Part shown: positions 25,901 to 37,413 of the stretch, piece by piece | How the letters are laid out: every line of letters begins with the position of its first letter | Position numbering within the stretch: the stretch's first letter is position 1 | Assembly (NCBI GenBank): GCA_000708835.1 | Contig: DF237004.1 | Coordinates: forward strand, 203,612-267,611 | DNA from: Klebsormidium nitens | Lineage: Eukaryota > Plantae > Klebsormidiophyceae | Length of the DNA: 64,000 nucleotides | Direction: 5' to 3' | Translations under genes and position numbers: made by a program | The notes under the pieces: generated by a model | Database searches by the model: none | What the model was told of the DNA's origin: nothing | The model's input: the letters and a program-made list of their open reading frames with translations, nothing else

Positions 25901-27454
25901 TATTTACCATTTTGCTCTTCTGAGATGCTGCTCATTCGTACCCGCAGTCTCTCTTCGCGCTCAATCACGTCCTGGCGAGCCACGAGGCTTCCGGCGCCGT
26001 TCCGTCCTCCACGCTCAATGTCCTCTGCGCGCTGTGGTTCGCCCTTTCCGTTCCGCTCGTCTACCTGGGGGCGCAGTTTGGGTTCGGCTCCAGGATGGTC
26101 GAGTTCCCGGTCAAGGTCGCCGCAACGCCCCGGGAGCTCCCTCTCGCTTTCAGAGCCTGGTACCAGTACCCGGTGATTCAGATGATGGTTGGCGGGGCGA
26201 TCGTGTTCGGAGTGGTTGCGACGCAGGCGTCCGCCCTGTTCACAAAGCTCTGGCTGCAGCAGTGAGTGCGCAGGCTATTTGCATAAATCGTCACATTCTG
26301 GTGTGTTGGATAGGGACGACAGCCAGCAACGATGATTTGCGAGATGTTCAATTCAAAGCTTGCTTCCTCATCCAAATGTTACTGGTTGTCAAGCGACAAG
26401 CCAAATAACATTGCTGGAGTTTTCTGCCTTCACTTCTGGTGTCAAATAATGGCAAGGTTGTCAAGGCGAGTAAAGTAACATGCGATTGCAAAAGCCTATG
26501 TTCTCTGCTTACGTCACGGGACTTAATGTATTATTGCAGGTACGTCTACATGTATGGCTTCCTTCTTGCAACTTTTGGACTCATGGCGATCGTCAGTGCG
26601 GAGATGTCCATCATTGCAGTGTATTTCCTCCTCGGAGCACAGGACTACCGCTGGTAAGTCTTTTTTGAGTAAAGTTTGTTTCGCTGTGAGGAATGAGCCC
26701 AGACTGCTCACTGGACGACTCGGGAGTAGGACTGGCTCGTCGCACCTGTGCAGAGTCCGGTGACTCAACGTCAAGACTTACTGTGTCAACACCAGGGTCG
26801 TCGAGGGAGCCTTTAGCCGTCCCCAGAGGTTCAGTCAGATTACAGGATTCTGATCTCTGAGAATCGACTACATCAGCTACTTACCCCGCAAATCACTGAG
26901 TTCTTGCAAGACCAATTGTTTTCCGCTCTCACCCCGTCTCAGGTGGTGGACTTCGTTCCTGGTCCCTGCCTTCTCCGGCGTCTACATCTTCATTGCGATC
27001 TGCGCGTGGCTCCTCCCCGCCGCTGCGGCGAGCTCGCCCCTCTCGGTTACTCTGCTCCTGTCATATGCGGGGATGTTCTCGTTGGTAAGCGTGGATTCCT
27101 GAAAGCCGCTTGGTATCCACGCTGAGTCCACGCGTTGCCTCCCTCTTCCTTACCAGTCTTCTGCAATCACTTGATGCTGTTTTGTACCTCTGTTTGAGAA
27201 AGTATAGGTACAGTTCTCGCATTCGGAGAGCCCAGTGACTCTGGCTATGGCATGAACAGTGATCTGGGAGCGAGGTTCGTGCCTGGTTATAATGGTCCTA
27301 ATATATTCTTAGCCGTCCTCATCAATTGCCGACACCTTGCCACCATCACTATCAGTTTGCCTTGCAGGTGTGTGGCCTCGCGGCTGGTGCGATCGGATTC
27401 TACGCATCCTTTTCCTTCGTTTGGGCCATCTACTCTAGCGTAAAATCAGAGTAG
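22926..27454 (+). CDS. Transmembrane 9 superfamily (TM9SF/EMP70/nonaspanin) protein, divergent
   Basis: Signal peptide then AFYLPG; GYPIGF..YVNNH; LFTYSVYF..WASRWD; DVFRPP; FFSPVRRGMLM; TLNVLCALWFALSVPLVYLG; QDYRWWWTSFL; final exon GAIGFYASFSFVWAIYSSVKSE* with the C-terminal KxD/E Golgi-retention motif. Stop TAG at 27452-27454. Confidence 0.92.
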
Positions 27455-28275
27455 GAGCTGCTGCTCTCTGTATGCCGCGGGGAACAATACTTGCAGTATA
27501 AGAAGGAGCGTGTACTGAGTACGTGTGCTTTGGACGTTCTTCCCAACTTTTGCAACCGTATGATGGTTTGGGTCGCAGCCATCGGATGAGCCGAGTAAGC
27601 CTGTCGCTGTTCGGTTGAAAGATAAATAGCAAACAGGTGCATCACATTCGCAAGCGACTGCGTGTGCGCAATCGATTGTCATGTTATAAGCCATAGGTTA
27701 CCTCCGACGCCCTGTCTAATGCCAGAAAGAATGGCTTAATGCAAAGAGATCACCAAAGTGATCAGCTTAGAGCCTGGAGATTTATGCCGCACTGTCCATG
27801 CATGGCTACATCCTCGACTTCAAAGCCATGCGGACATATGATGAACTTCGCATGATGCTGTCTTGTGGTATGATTCATGCAATGAGCACGGAATGGTCGC
27901 CCAGATTTGATCTGTCGAGAGCACATGGTGCTTAATCTTAAACGCGCAGCGGCCCTGTATACAGCTGAGGGCGGAAAGTTTAGCAATGTATAGCCTCTAG
28001 CCTGCAGGCGCAAACGGCCCCCTATGCTGGCAACTAACCTGTCTTGCCAACTAAGTACTGTATAACTTAGCTTCACCTTGATTGTACACACTGTTCACGA
28101 TCCATCCACTTTCCATCGGACGCTTTCTCGAACACTCTCTCGCGTCTAAACGCATGTCCCACCCAGCTTTCTACCACCACTTCGCCTTTCCACGCGACTT
28201 GAACGCGCGGCCCTCTCGGCTCTTTCAGACGCGGTTCGGACGATTCGCCCAGCTTTTGAGCGATATTCGGACGCC

Positions 28276-31200
28276 TCAGGACGCGCCGAGCCGCGTCCGC
28301 GCCTGGTGCAACCGCTGAACGTCCTCCTCGCTCTTGAGCGTGCCCTTTGGCAGAAAGTTCGCGAGCTTGGCCGCGTACTCTTCGAGCAGCCGCTGCCGCT
28401 CCGCCTCGATGATGTGCGCGCGCTCCTCCTCCGCGGCCGCCAGCCGGCGCTGTTCTTCCAGCTCGGCCTCGCGCTGCAGGGTTCAACAAGTTGGGTTAAG
28501 AATAGAATTAAGCAGGAACCTAGTGGCTGGGCTGAAGACAGGTTTAGGGGTCGGTTTGGAAGATGATCGGCGACTCGATCATGCGGGCGCTCTCCGCAGC
28601 GTTGTTCTTCCAGCTCGACCTCGCGCTGCGGGGCTCAACGAGCTGTGTCGAGAATCTGGTTAAGAAAAAACCAGTTCGTCGGACCAAGAATCAATATGGG
28701 GTCTGTTTGAAAGCATAAGCAGCGCTTCAATCAGATCTAAAGAATCAAAGCTCATCGCCTGGGGCCCCTCGCCTCCACCGAAGAACCCCTTCATTGATTG
28801 CGGCTGGAATTCCCTTTACCCGCCGGAACCTTCTCACCTCTCTTTCCTCCTCCGCTTTCTCTCCCGCCCTCATCCCCAAATCTAAGTTGCAGATTTGACG
28901 AAGCATCCCCAGCTTTGCGGGTTTCAGAAATGTGATTTCAGCTTCTAGGCTTCTTGGGTTCAAAGACATCCGAAATCTTCTCACCTGTTTCTGGTAGATC
29001 TCCTCTTTGACCCGCCACAGCCGCTCCACCTCCCGCTTATGTTCTTCCAGCTTCAGCCGCTTGCGCGCCGCGTTCATCTGCTCGATCCGGTCGTCTTCCG
29101 CGAACTTGGCCAGCATCCGCCGCCGGAACGCCTCCTCCTCGGCCGCCTCGCGCGCGCGCGCCTCCTCCTTGAGCCGCGCCTGCATTGCGTTTGCGGCCGC
29201 CATCTCCGCGCGCTGCCGCTCACGCTGTAAACAGGAAAAGGTTTCCGATCAGCGAAATATAAAGCGAGGATCAGGGGCAAACTCCGTGCGCTGTCCCTCA
29301 CGTCAGGACAAGAGGAGCTTTTCGACTGGCGCGACGACAATTCAATCACGACTCGACCACGCTGCAAGATTCAAGCCGTCTCTAAATGGCGGCCAAGGCC
29401 GTCATTTTCTACCACTGCTGCTTGCGTTACAGGAAGTAACAGTGCTTCGAGCGAAAGGGAAATCCTTCATCAGCATACTTCACTGCAGTCGCACTTTCCG
29501 CGGGGCGCGTTTGCACCTGCCTTCTCCTCGTGCTGCCCCTTTCACTGGAAACGATATTAAGAGTCAAAATTCCGCTCCCTTCAAAGAACATAAGACTTTC
29601 CGCGCGCGCCTTTTCAAACACTGAACCGATCTGGAGACGGGCACCCCCGCGGGCTGCCGCATACGCTTCGAAAGACAAACATTCACTGACCTTTTCGGAG
29701 GCCGAAACCATTGACGCCCCTAAGCTCGAAAGAGACAGGAGGCGCAGAAGCAGCGAGTAAAAGCCGGCTTGTACGCCACAGAGCTGACTAGTCTTTCGAA
29801 AATGAAGCGTCTACTAGGAGCGCATTCTGTGTACTTTTATTGTGCAATGTGAAAATGATCGATCCAGCCTATCATAGCTAGATTCACCTTTTGGCGCAGC
29901 GCCTCCGCTTCCCGCAAGTACCGGTCCTCCGCCTCTTGGAAGTGCAGCTCGTTGATGAGCGCCTCCAGCTCCTCGCGCCGCGCCTCCTCCGCCTGCCGCT
30001 CCCTGGCCAGCTGCGCGTGCACCCTGCGGTGCAGCAAACCGGGTTGGGTTAACTCGTAACCTGGTAGAACGAGAAAGGCGAGTGCACCCTAAGGGGATGA
30101 GGTTGAGCGTTTCCAATCTGCAAAAGAAGGTGCTTCGTCAAGAACGCATGCACGCTGCGGTATAGCCGACGGAAATTGTGCAGCAGACCGAAATTAAGGC
30201 GAGAATTTATACACCTACGCCGAAAGCTGTTCAGAGAGTCGTGGGTTAAAGTTTCTGCACCCCCTGCGTTCTGCCCAACGGGCCCCGGCCGACTTGGGAA
30301 CAAGTCTCTTGATGGGTCGTTGGGCGAAAGGATTGGGGCAATGCGCAAAAACACGCTCTCTCACCGTAGCAAGGTCCTTCCGTGGGCTCATCCCTTCTGC
30401 TTACTCAGCAACAGAACAGCACAACTTGAAAAGCAATTGCTACATTGCCAGGTTGCAAGAAAGTCAGATACTAGAAAACGCGAGCTCTCCGCACCTCCCT
30501 TGGTCGTCCGCCTTCTTCTTCTCCAGCTGCCGCCGTTCCTCCTCGCGCCGCTCCTTCTCCGCAGCGTACTCGGCGATCCGCTCCTCTTCCGCGCGGATCG
30601 CATCCTCCTGCCACCAGAACCGGAACGATTGAGTGCAGTTACGGAGTAGACGCGCCAAGTCCGACTCTAATGGATCACCCTGATCGATCATGAAGAGACC
30701 AGTTTCGTCAGTCCTTGGCAACTCTTTGATGTCAATACTTGAAACATCAATTGTTGGGTCTCTCTTTTCATTGCAACGTTGAATCTGCTTCCTACGGCGT
30801 CTATCAATCCTGCCAGAGCTGCATCGGACGTCATCTGTCGTCAGGTCCGCAGACACACGGGCTGTCGCTGACGTCAGCCTCACCTGGGCTTGCCGCAGGG
30901 CCTCCCGTTCTCGGAGGTACTGCTCGATGTACCGCTGCGTCGCCACTTGTGAGTGCCTGCAGCAAAAAAGCTTTTAATCAGCGCATGGTTAAAAAGTACG
31001 AAGAAGTGAGCATGAAACTGGGCTGAAACTCGCCTGAAAGAGCCTGACGAGAGAGGGCTTCCACTCGTACCTCGTCCCCGGGTTTTAAAAGCTGCGCACG
31101 TTGCTTTCGACGAAGCATCAAATCCATGAGGCGAGTCCGACTATGAAGCAGGGCCCATCCTCGGAAGAACTCTGCTTCTTCCTGATGAAAAGTTCTGTCA

Positions 31201-34200
31201 TCTGAAAGGAAACCTGACATCGTTAGCTCAAGCACAGTCTTCATCTTGAGAGAAGAAAAGCCACAAACGTGAAAACGCTTCGATTGGCGCGGCGGCTCAC
31301 TTGCGCCGCTCCCGCTCCTTCCGGTCCTCCTCGTCGATCTGCGCGACAATCGCATCCACGTGCGCGCGCTCTCGCGCGGCCTCAGCCGCGGCCGCCTCCT
31401 GCGCGGCCTGCCGCTCCGCCACCTGCGCTTCCAGCATCCGACGCGCCGTCACCTGCAAAGCGAAGGGGGTTTAAAGGGTTTTAGGACTTGGGGTTTCATG
31501 GTCTCCAAGGAGGGGCTTCAAAGTGGGCGTCCGAATTCAAAGCTCCGGAAACACGCACTCCGTGCATCTGAGTCTTTTTTAACGGACCAGGTTGCAATAT
31601 TGGCGAATTTGGGCCCTCACCACCGTAGATGGCCTTGGGATGTCCATGCATGGCCTACGCCCACTTTGTGGGCTTCAACTGCTTTGAGGTCTTAAGAGTT
31701 TCACAGAACGGGTTTGCAGGTTAGTAGGTGTTTGAAGAGGTATTAGGGGTCTGAGGTTTGAGGGGTATGAATGACGGGACTTCAGTGTCAAGCTTTACCT
31801 ACGGCAACAATCTCGCCGTCTGCGTTCTTTCGGACCCGTGATGATCATTCTTGTTTGCTAGACTCCTGAGCCAGAAAATTTCCATTCACCAAGCGGAAGG
31901 CGCCCCAAAGTGTCGTCCTTTCGCTCGACTTTCCTACAGTCTCGTTTTAACCCTTTTGACCAAAAGGTGCGAGGTCGCGCATCCTAGAGATTCTCGCTTC
32001 GTTGATGTCCGTTCTGGCACAGCCCTTGCTTACTTTCTATATCTTAAATCAGAGTCTTCGGAGTCCACGCTTCAATTGGCAAAAAAACTAAGAATAGGAT
32101 ACTCACCAACGGTTTGACCCGTCCCAAACCGTGCACACCCTTAACCTCGAGATAACCCTTCTGAACCTTCTCATTTCAACCCCACCCGTCTCAGCCAGAA
32201 ACGTATAGAACATGGCCCTTGCAACAAATAGAGCTTCGTTTGACCACCTGGCGAATGGAACCGATAATCTTCTCGACTGATGTCTGAATCAGATCCGAGT
32301 CCCCAGGCGAAAGTTGCTGGAAAGTTGGAAAACCCTGTCAAAAACGCTGTGGACTTGGCACAAACAAAAGATGCCCGCGGATACGTAAAGCAATGCCGTG
32401 GCAACTCCTAGCCCTGCCAAATCCAGGAAAACTTTCAGAAAGTTGCCGCAAAACTCCTCTTGGTTCTACTTGCAGATTGGTTGAACGAAGCTGTTAAATG
32501 ATCATTATCTGCCGTTATCCCGCCATACCTGGTTTGCCATCTTTCGCTGCTGGTCCTCTTGGTGCGCCCTCTCCGCCTTCCGCCGCTCCCCTTCTAGGAT
32601 CGCGGCATATGCCGCGTGGTACGCAGCCTCCTGGGCCGCCGCTTCCTTCCGCTCCTCCAGCTGCACACGTAGGATGACGTCACTCGTCACGAGAAGTGAC
32701 GACAAAGAATTGCGACAGACGACGTCTCCATCCCAACGGAGACAACTGGGGAGCCTGGCGGTGGATCCACCCAAGAATTCAATAAGAATGGAAGCCCGTT
32801 ACGTTCGACTAACTTTGCAGGGGACCCTTACTCGAGAGTGCTCCGATGCCTCCCATGAGAAAACCCGCAGAGGTAGCAAGCGGCTTTGCAAACAGCGCAG
32901 CATTTCTTGGCAGCTCGCGCAGCTCCTTACGCTCGCCCCAAATCCACTAATTTCTGAATGTTGAACCGATTAATCCTATACCTCCTGAGATCGGATCAGC
33001 AGAAAGTTCAAAGCTCTTACCCTAGCTCATCTGCAGTGCGCGCTCGCAGTTCTGTGTTGCCGCATGCGGCTTCTCCCGCTCTTGGAGGGGATTTTACCTT
33101 CACCCGAAAACCTGAACCCTAGAATCCTACCCTGATGCAACCGGAAAGGCTGAAGCTTTAAATCCCTGAAGTTGCGAGCCCACCTGCAGTGCACGCTCGC
33201 GTATCTCGCGGGTCGTCGCTCCCGTTGTTTCCCATTCTTCACGATGTTTGGACAGCCAACCCACGAAATTCCGGAAATCAGAGACTTGAGTTCTAGACTT
33301 CAGGGCCCACCTGCAGTGCGCCGCGCGCAGCTTCTCCGCAGCCCCTCGCGCTGGCCGCAGTCCGTCAGAATCCTGACACTCTCCATCTCCTAAAACATGA
33401 AAAGGTCAAAGCTTCAGGATCCTAGCTCACCTGGAGTGCACGCTTCCAATCCAGCGTGGCTGCGCGCAGCTTCTCCTGCAGCTCCCGCAGCTCCTCGCTC
33501 TTGCCCTGAAGACCCTGTCCATCGAAAGTCAAGAGTCTGAAACGACACAAAATTCGAGGCTTACCTGAAGTGCACGCTCCCGATTCAGCGTGGCTGCGCG
33601 CAGCTTCTCCTGCAGCTCCCGCAGCTCCTCACTTTGCTCCAGCAGCCGCTGCCGGATCAGCAGCTCGCGCTCCTTCTCGCGCCGCTGCTCCTCCAGCGTG
33701 CGCGTGATGGCCTCCTCGTCCGCCGCAGCCTAGCAAGGTTGAGGCACAGGTTCGAAAGCGGTTAAAAACGGGTGAGGGGCAGCTTTTGCCCCAAGATTGG
33801 CAAGGGCTTGGGCGGGTTAAGCGTGGGGTTAGGCGTAGGTTTCTCGACGCTTAGAGGTGAGTTAACCGCGGTGTAATGAAAATGCACAAAATGTTTCCTT
33901 GCGGCTGCTGCTCCTCCAGCGCGCGTGATGGCCTCTTCGTCTGCAGCGGCCTAGCCAGAGACCAGTGAGGGTGATATGGAGAAGAAGAGGGTTTGGAAGA
34001 GGGTTTGGAAGAGAGGGTTTTGGCGAGAATGATCGGCTTGAGCCTTGAGAATAGAATGCGCACCAGTCCTCTTCTGAGCCGCTGCTCCCTCAAGCGAGCG
34101 CGTAGTCGCCTCCTCGTCCTCCGCAACCTGGCCAAGCTTGGCAATGACTAGGGCGGGTTAAGCAAGAAATAGGAGTTGGTTTCGTCGAGGAGCTTTTGCT

Positions 34201-36217
34201 GAAGGGCGCAGAAATGTAATGGCTTCTCTTCGCATGCCGCTGCTCGTCCAGAATGCTCCTCCAGAGTGCCATCGCCTCCATGCCTGCTGTAGCTCGGCCA
34301 AGCCAGGAACAATTGTGAGAGCGCATGAGCGGATGGGCGGAGGAAGCAAGGTCCTGAAGATTGCAATCTGCATGGCTTTCGGCACTGTCTAAGACATGAA
34401 CACTGATTCCCAGACTTAGACTTGGAGTTCTGGTGGGAAAAGACGCTGCTGGCGATTAGGGCTGTGCTCATCACTCTTCTACTCGTCTGATTCCAGCTCA
34501 CCTTAGCTGCCAACTCCCGAGCCCGAATCGCCGCCTCCATGGCTTCAATCTTCCTCGCCTCCACCGATCGCTCCCGTGCCTACATCACAAGCACCGTTGT
34601 CACGAGTGCTTCTTCCCATCTTATGGAGACAAAGGACTGATGGTCATTCTGCCGACAAGCAAGTGCCACCCGAGTATTCTTCACAAAATCGCACCAAAGA
34701 CTCATGCCACTAATTACTACTCCGACCCCGATCTAATCAAGATCAAGTCGTCCCTCACGTTCAAACAGATTCCTGCTGTCCTGAGCCAACCCTGGTCCTT
34801 GGCTGATCGCCTCCCCTTTGAATCACCAAAGAGACACAATATGCTTCTAAAATAGAGAAGGCTCCCCCAAGGCTGGGCCATAATCGGTCATGATGCAAGG
34901 TACTCTCGAGTGGTTTGGTGCTAACCCCGCAAATCATCCTAGCAAATAGGTGGTTAGCGCTGACCCACCTCTCGGTCCCGCCGCACATCGTCCACTTTGC
35001 CCAGCCTCGTGTTGTTGCCCTTCTCGGCCTTGTCGGTCTTCAAATAACTGCAGTCAGATAAGAGAACTGACCTCAATATCAAAACCTACACGTCTTCTTA
35101 CAAAAGCCTTCAACCCAACCTCTCATGACCAAACCTCGCATGCCAGAGCACGACTGGGCTCCTTTGTCCCAAAAACAAAAAGAAGAGGGGAAAACAAAGG
35201 AATCGGGAGGATCCATGGATAAGGAAGCCCAGCTCAGACTGCTGTAATCCAGCGGCTGAATGGAGGCCTCCCAAGGCTTCTACACTTCAAGCAAAAAGCC
35301 CTGTGTTGATGGCATGCAACCAAAGGAGCTTGGCTAAGACCAGCGGACGCTTGCCTGAGAATCTCCTCGTTCTTCCATTCTGCCTCCCGCCGCCTTTCCA
35401 AGTCCCGAGCTGCAAAAGCAACACCACACGGTTCACTACTGGGTGGGCACAAGAATCTTCGGTATTGGCGTGCCACTCCTTTGCCTAGCCCCCTCCTCCG
35501 GCTGTCTCTTGAGCTGACTCCGACAGCTTCCGCTTATGCTCTCCGCCTATGTGAGGAGTACCGCTGCCTATGAAGGGTTGCTTATGGGTATACCGCCTCT
35601 TCCCTTTGAGCACTGCAAACATAGGCTATGCCTTGCCTGTTCACTTCAAATGCTATCATAGCATGACGTCTCACCCCGTCTAACCAGATAGGAACAACCT
35701 TATTGAAAAGCAGGCTGCATCCTTGTCATTTGAGGGCAACTGTGACTTGTAAGAGTTCCAACGTAGCCAGAGGCACCCACAAAACACCTGCATCAAAAGC
35801 AAACTAAAGCGTTCCATCACCATCGCCCATAGATTGAGGCATTTTCGACCGCTTTAATCGAAAGCATTGCTCACCTCGCACGGCGCTGCTCCGGGAGGCC
35901 TGCATTGGACGAACAGGAATCAGCGTTTACTTTTCTTTTCTTCTCCCAATGTTTCTTTCAGCACCCGTACGCTCTATGGATGTTCCCCAGTCAGTTGCGA
36001 TGCAGCATTGTGAACGGAACTCACAGCATTGCTGGCCTGCGGTCCATAAAAGTAGGACCTGTGTTCCAGCTCTCTGCGCCTCCAAACAAACACCCAAGGT
36101 GGGAAAACCTTTATTTTCAGCACTCCAACCCGCCTGTCAGGCTTTCCATTGATTGTAAACCGCCCACATTTGACGAGGCGGAACTTTGGGCGCTGGATTG
36201 GTGGTCAGACTCACCAT
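28276..36217 (-). CDS. MNS1: Meiosis-specific nuclear structural protein 1 (MNS1; trichoplein/TPH-domain coiled-coil ciliary microtubule inner protein), ~12 coding exons
   Basis: Spliced product MASRSSAVRARDLERRREAEW..QSEELRELQEKLRAATLNRERALQ..HVDAIVAQIDEEDRKE..QRYIEQYLRE..RRRMLAKFAEDDRIEQMNAARKRLKLEEHKREVERL..IIEAERQRLLEEYAAKLANFLPKGTLKSEEDV. This matches the MNS1 hallmark motifs MLAKFAEDDRIE and LLxExAxxLxxYLPKG. Stop TGA at 28278-28276. Confidence 0.92.
28440..28630 (-). repeat. Acceptor echo: duplicate of the last MNS1 acceptor plus exon start, ~150 bp upstream (in transcript sense) of the real acceptor
   Basis: On the minus strand, ccgcag|cgcgaggtcgagctggaagaacaacg (~28630) mirrors the real ctgcag|cgcgaggccgagctggaagaacagcg (~28478). 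Confidence 0.8.
33005..33632 (-). repeat. Donor echo array in an MNS1 intron: four degenerate copies of exon end + 5' splice site, period 120-153 bp
   Basis: The real donor cttcag|gtaagc is at 33564. Copies have GT at 33430, 33310 and 33183, and a mutated AT at 33030. The nearest copy shares an identical 43-nt run (gcgtggctgcgcgcagcttctcctgcagctcccgcagctcctc on +) with the exon. Confidence 0.88.
33680..34300 (-). repeat. Acceptor echo array in an MNS1 intron: 2-3 degenerate copies of 3' splice site + exon start
   Basis: The real acceptor ctag|gctgcggcggacgaggaggccatcacgcgc has AG at 33731-33730. Copies: ctag|gccgctgcagacgaagaggccatcacgcgc (33952-33951), ccag|gttgcggaggacgaggaggcgactacgcgc (34129-34128), and a weaker one near 34295. 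Confidence 0.82.
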
Positions 36218-37413
36218 GGCAAATCTGCAGCTCTTTGCTAGGCCCCTAAAGGACTTTCTCGCCTCGTCGTCCAATCAGTCCCTCTGCTGCAAGGTTGTCA
36301 AGTGCCCACATTAGGGTTGTTACTCAAAAAGCACTTCATTGGCTCTCTTAAATTCTTTATGATGCGAGACTCTTGTATAAAAGTCAGATTGTGCTGCACC
36401 AAATCAAGGTTTCCTTTGCAGCATTCTGTATGGACCTGAGATAGGGGCAGCTTCCAAGTCACCCACTGAAATGCTTACGACGTCCCAACCTTCCTGTAAT
36501 GCTCAGCACTCTCAGCACTTTCAGCAATTCAGCATTGCCTTCTGAAAAGAACGCTGAAAAGAGAAGCAGGCCTTAGTGCTATCATTGAAGCCGCTCTCTC
36601 AGATGGCTTGAACGCCCTTGCAATTGAGGGTGCACTTTACCTGCACGAGCGTTCCCTTCAAATGAAGACATTAAGGTCCGCCCCTTTCATCAATGAGCCA
36701 CGTCCGAGCGATTGAATGGATCAAACTCCTAACTCAAGCGCCATATCTGCCAATCCAACAGGTTTCTCCTGAGTTTTGACACAGCGACCCCCCGGGAGCA
36801 GGTTTTGAACCTGGCTGATCAAACGTTTTGCCTGATCCAGTGCAATGACCAATGCAAGCGTCTAGCGGCCCAGAATGGCAGCGCTCCCAGAGATCAGCCG
36901 ACCCGTCTTTTTCTTTTTGCCACCTTTTTCCCGTAGCGCGCATGGAACCTTTGCCTGGAGGCTTGAGCAATTCAGCTGCTGAATTGAAATGCACTGCAGG
37001 ATAAACAGTGTCTATGTTTTGTGTCTCCCGTCACGGTGAAAGTACAACTTTGCAAGTCGACGCACGGTACCGTACACAGGTGCACACCAGATGAGAAGCG
37101 CGCGCAAGTGTCATATCGACGGTTCAGAGCTCACCCATTCAAATCTGACGGAGCAGGATGATGGGAGAATCCCGGTACCAGGGCCAGGGTCACTTCTCGT
37201 CACTTCATGCATGGAGGCCATGGCTGCTTCAGCTGGCTCCTGTCCAGTCCAAGACTTTTATGGGCACAATATGGATCAGAGGCGCGCCTCTCAATGAAAC
37301 TTCAAGAGCTTCCTCTGCCAGCCATACTTCAACCTGAAATCTAAAAAGTTGCCTCATGATGATCATCTATATATGCAGATCAGGAGCTCTTTCCATGCGC
37401 GAGCTATGAAAAC

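Noticed and set aside
33005-34300. Regularly spaced repeats as a CRISPR array
   Set aside because: Eukaryotic intron context, degenerate exon-derived units, no constant repeat/unique spacer structure and no cas genes.
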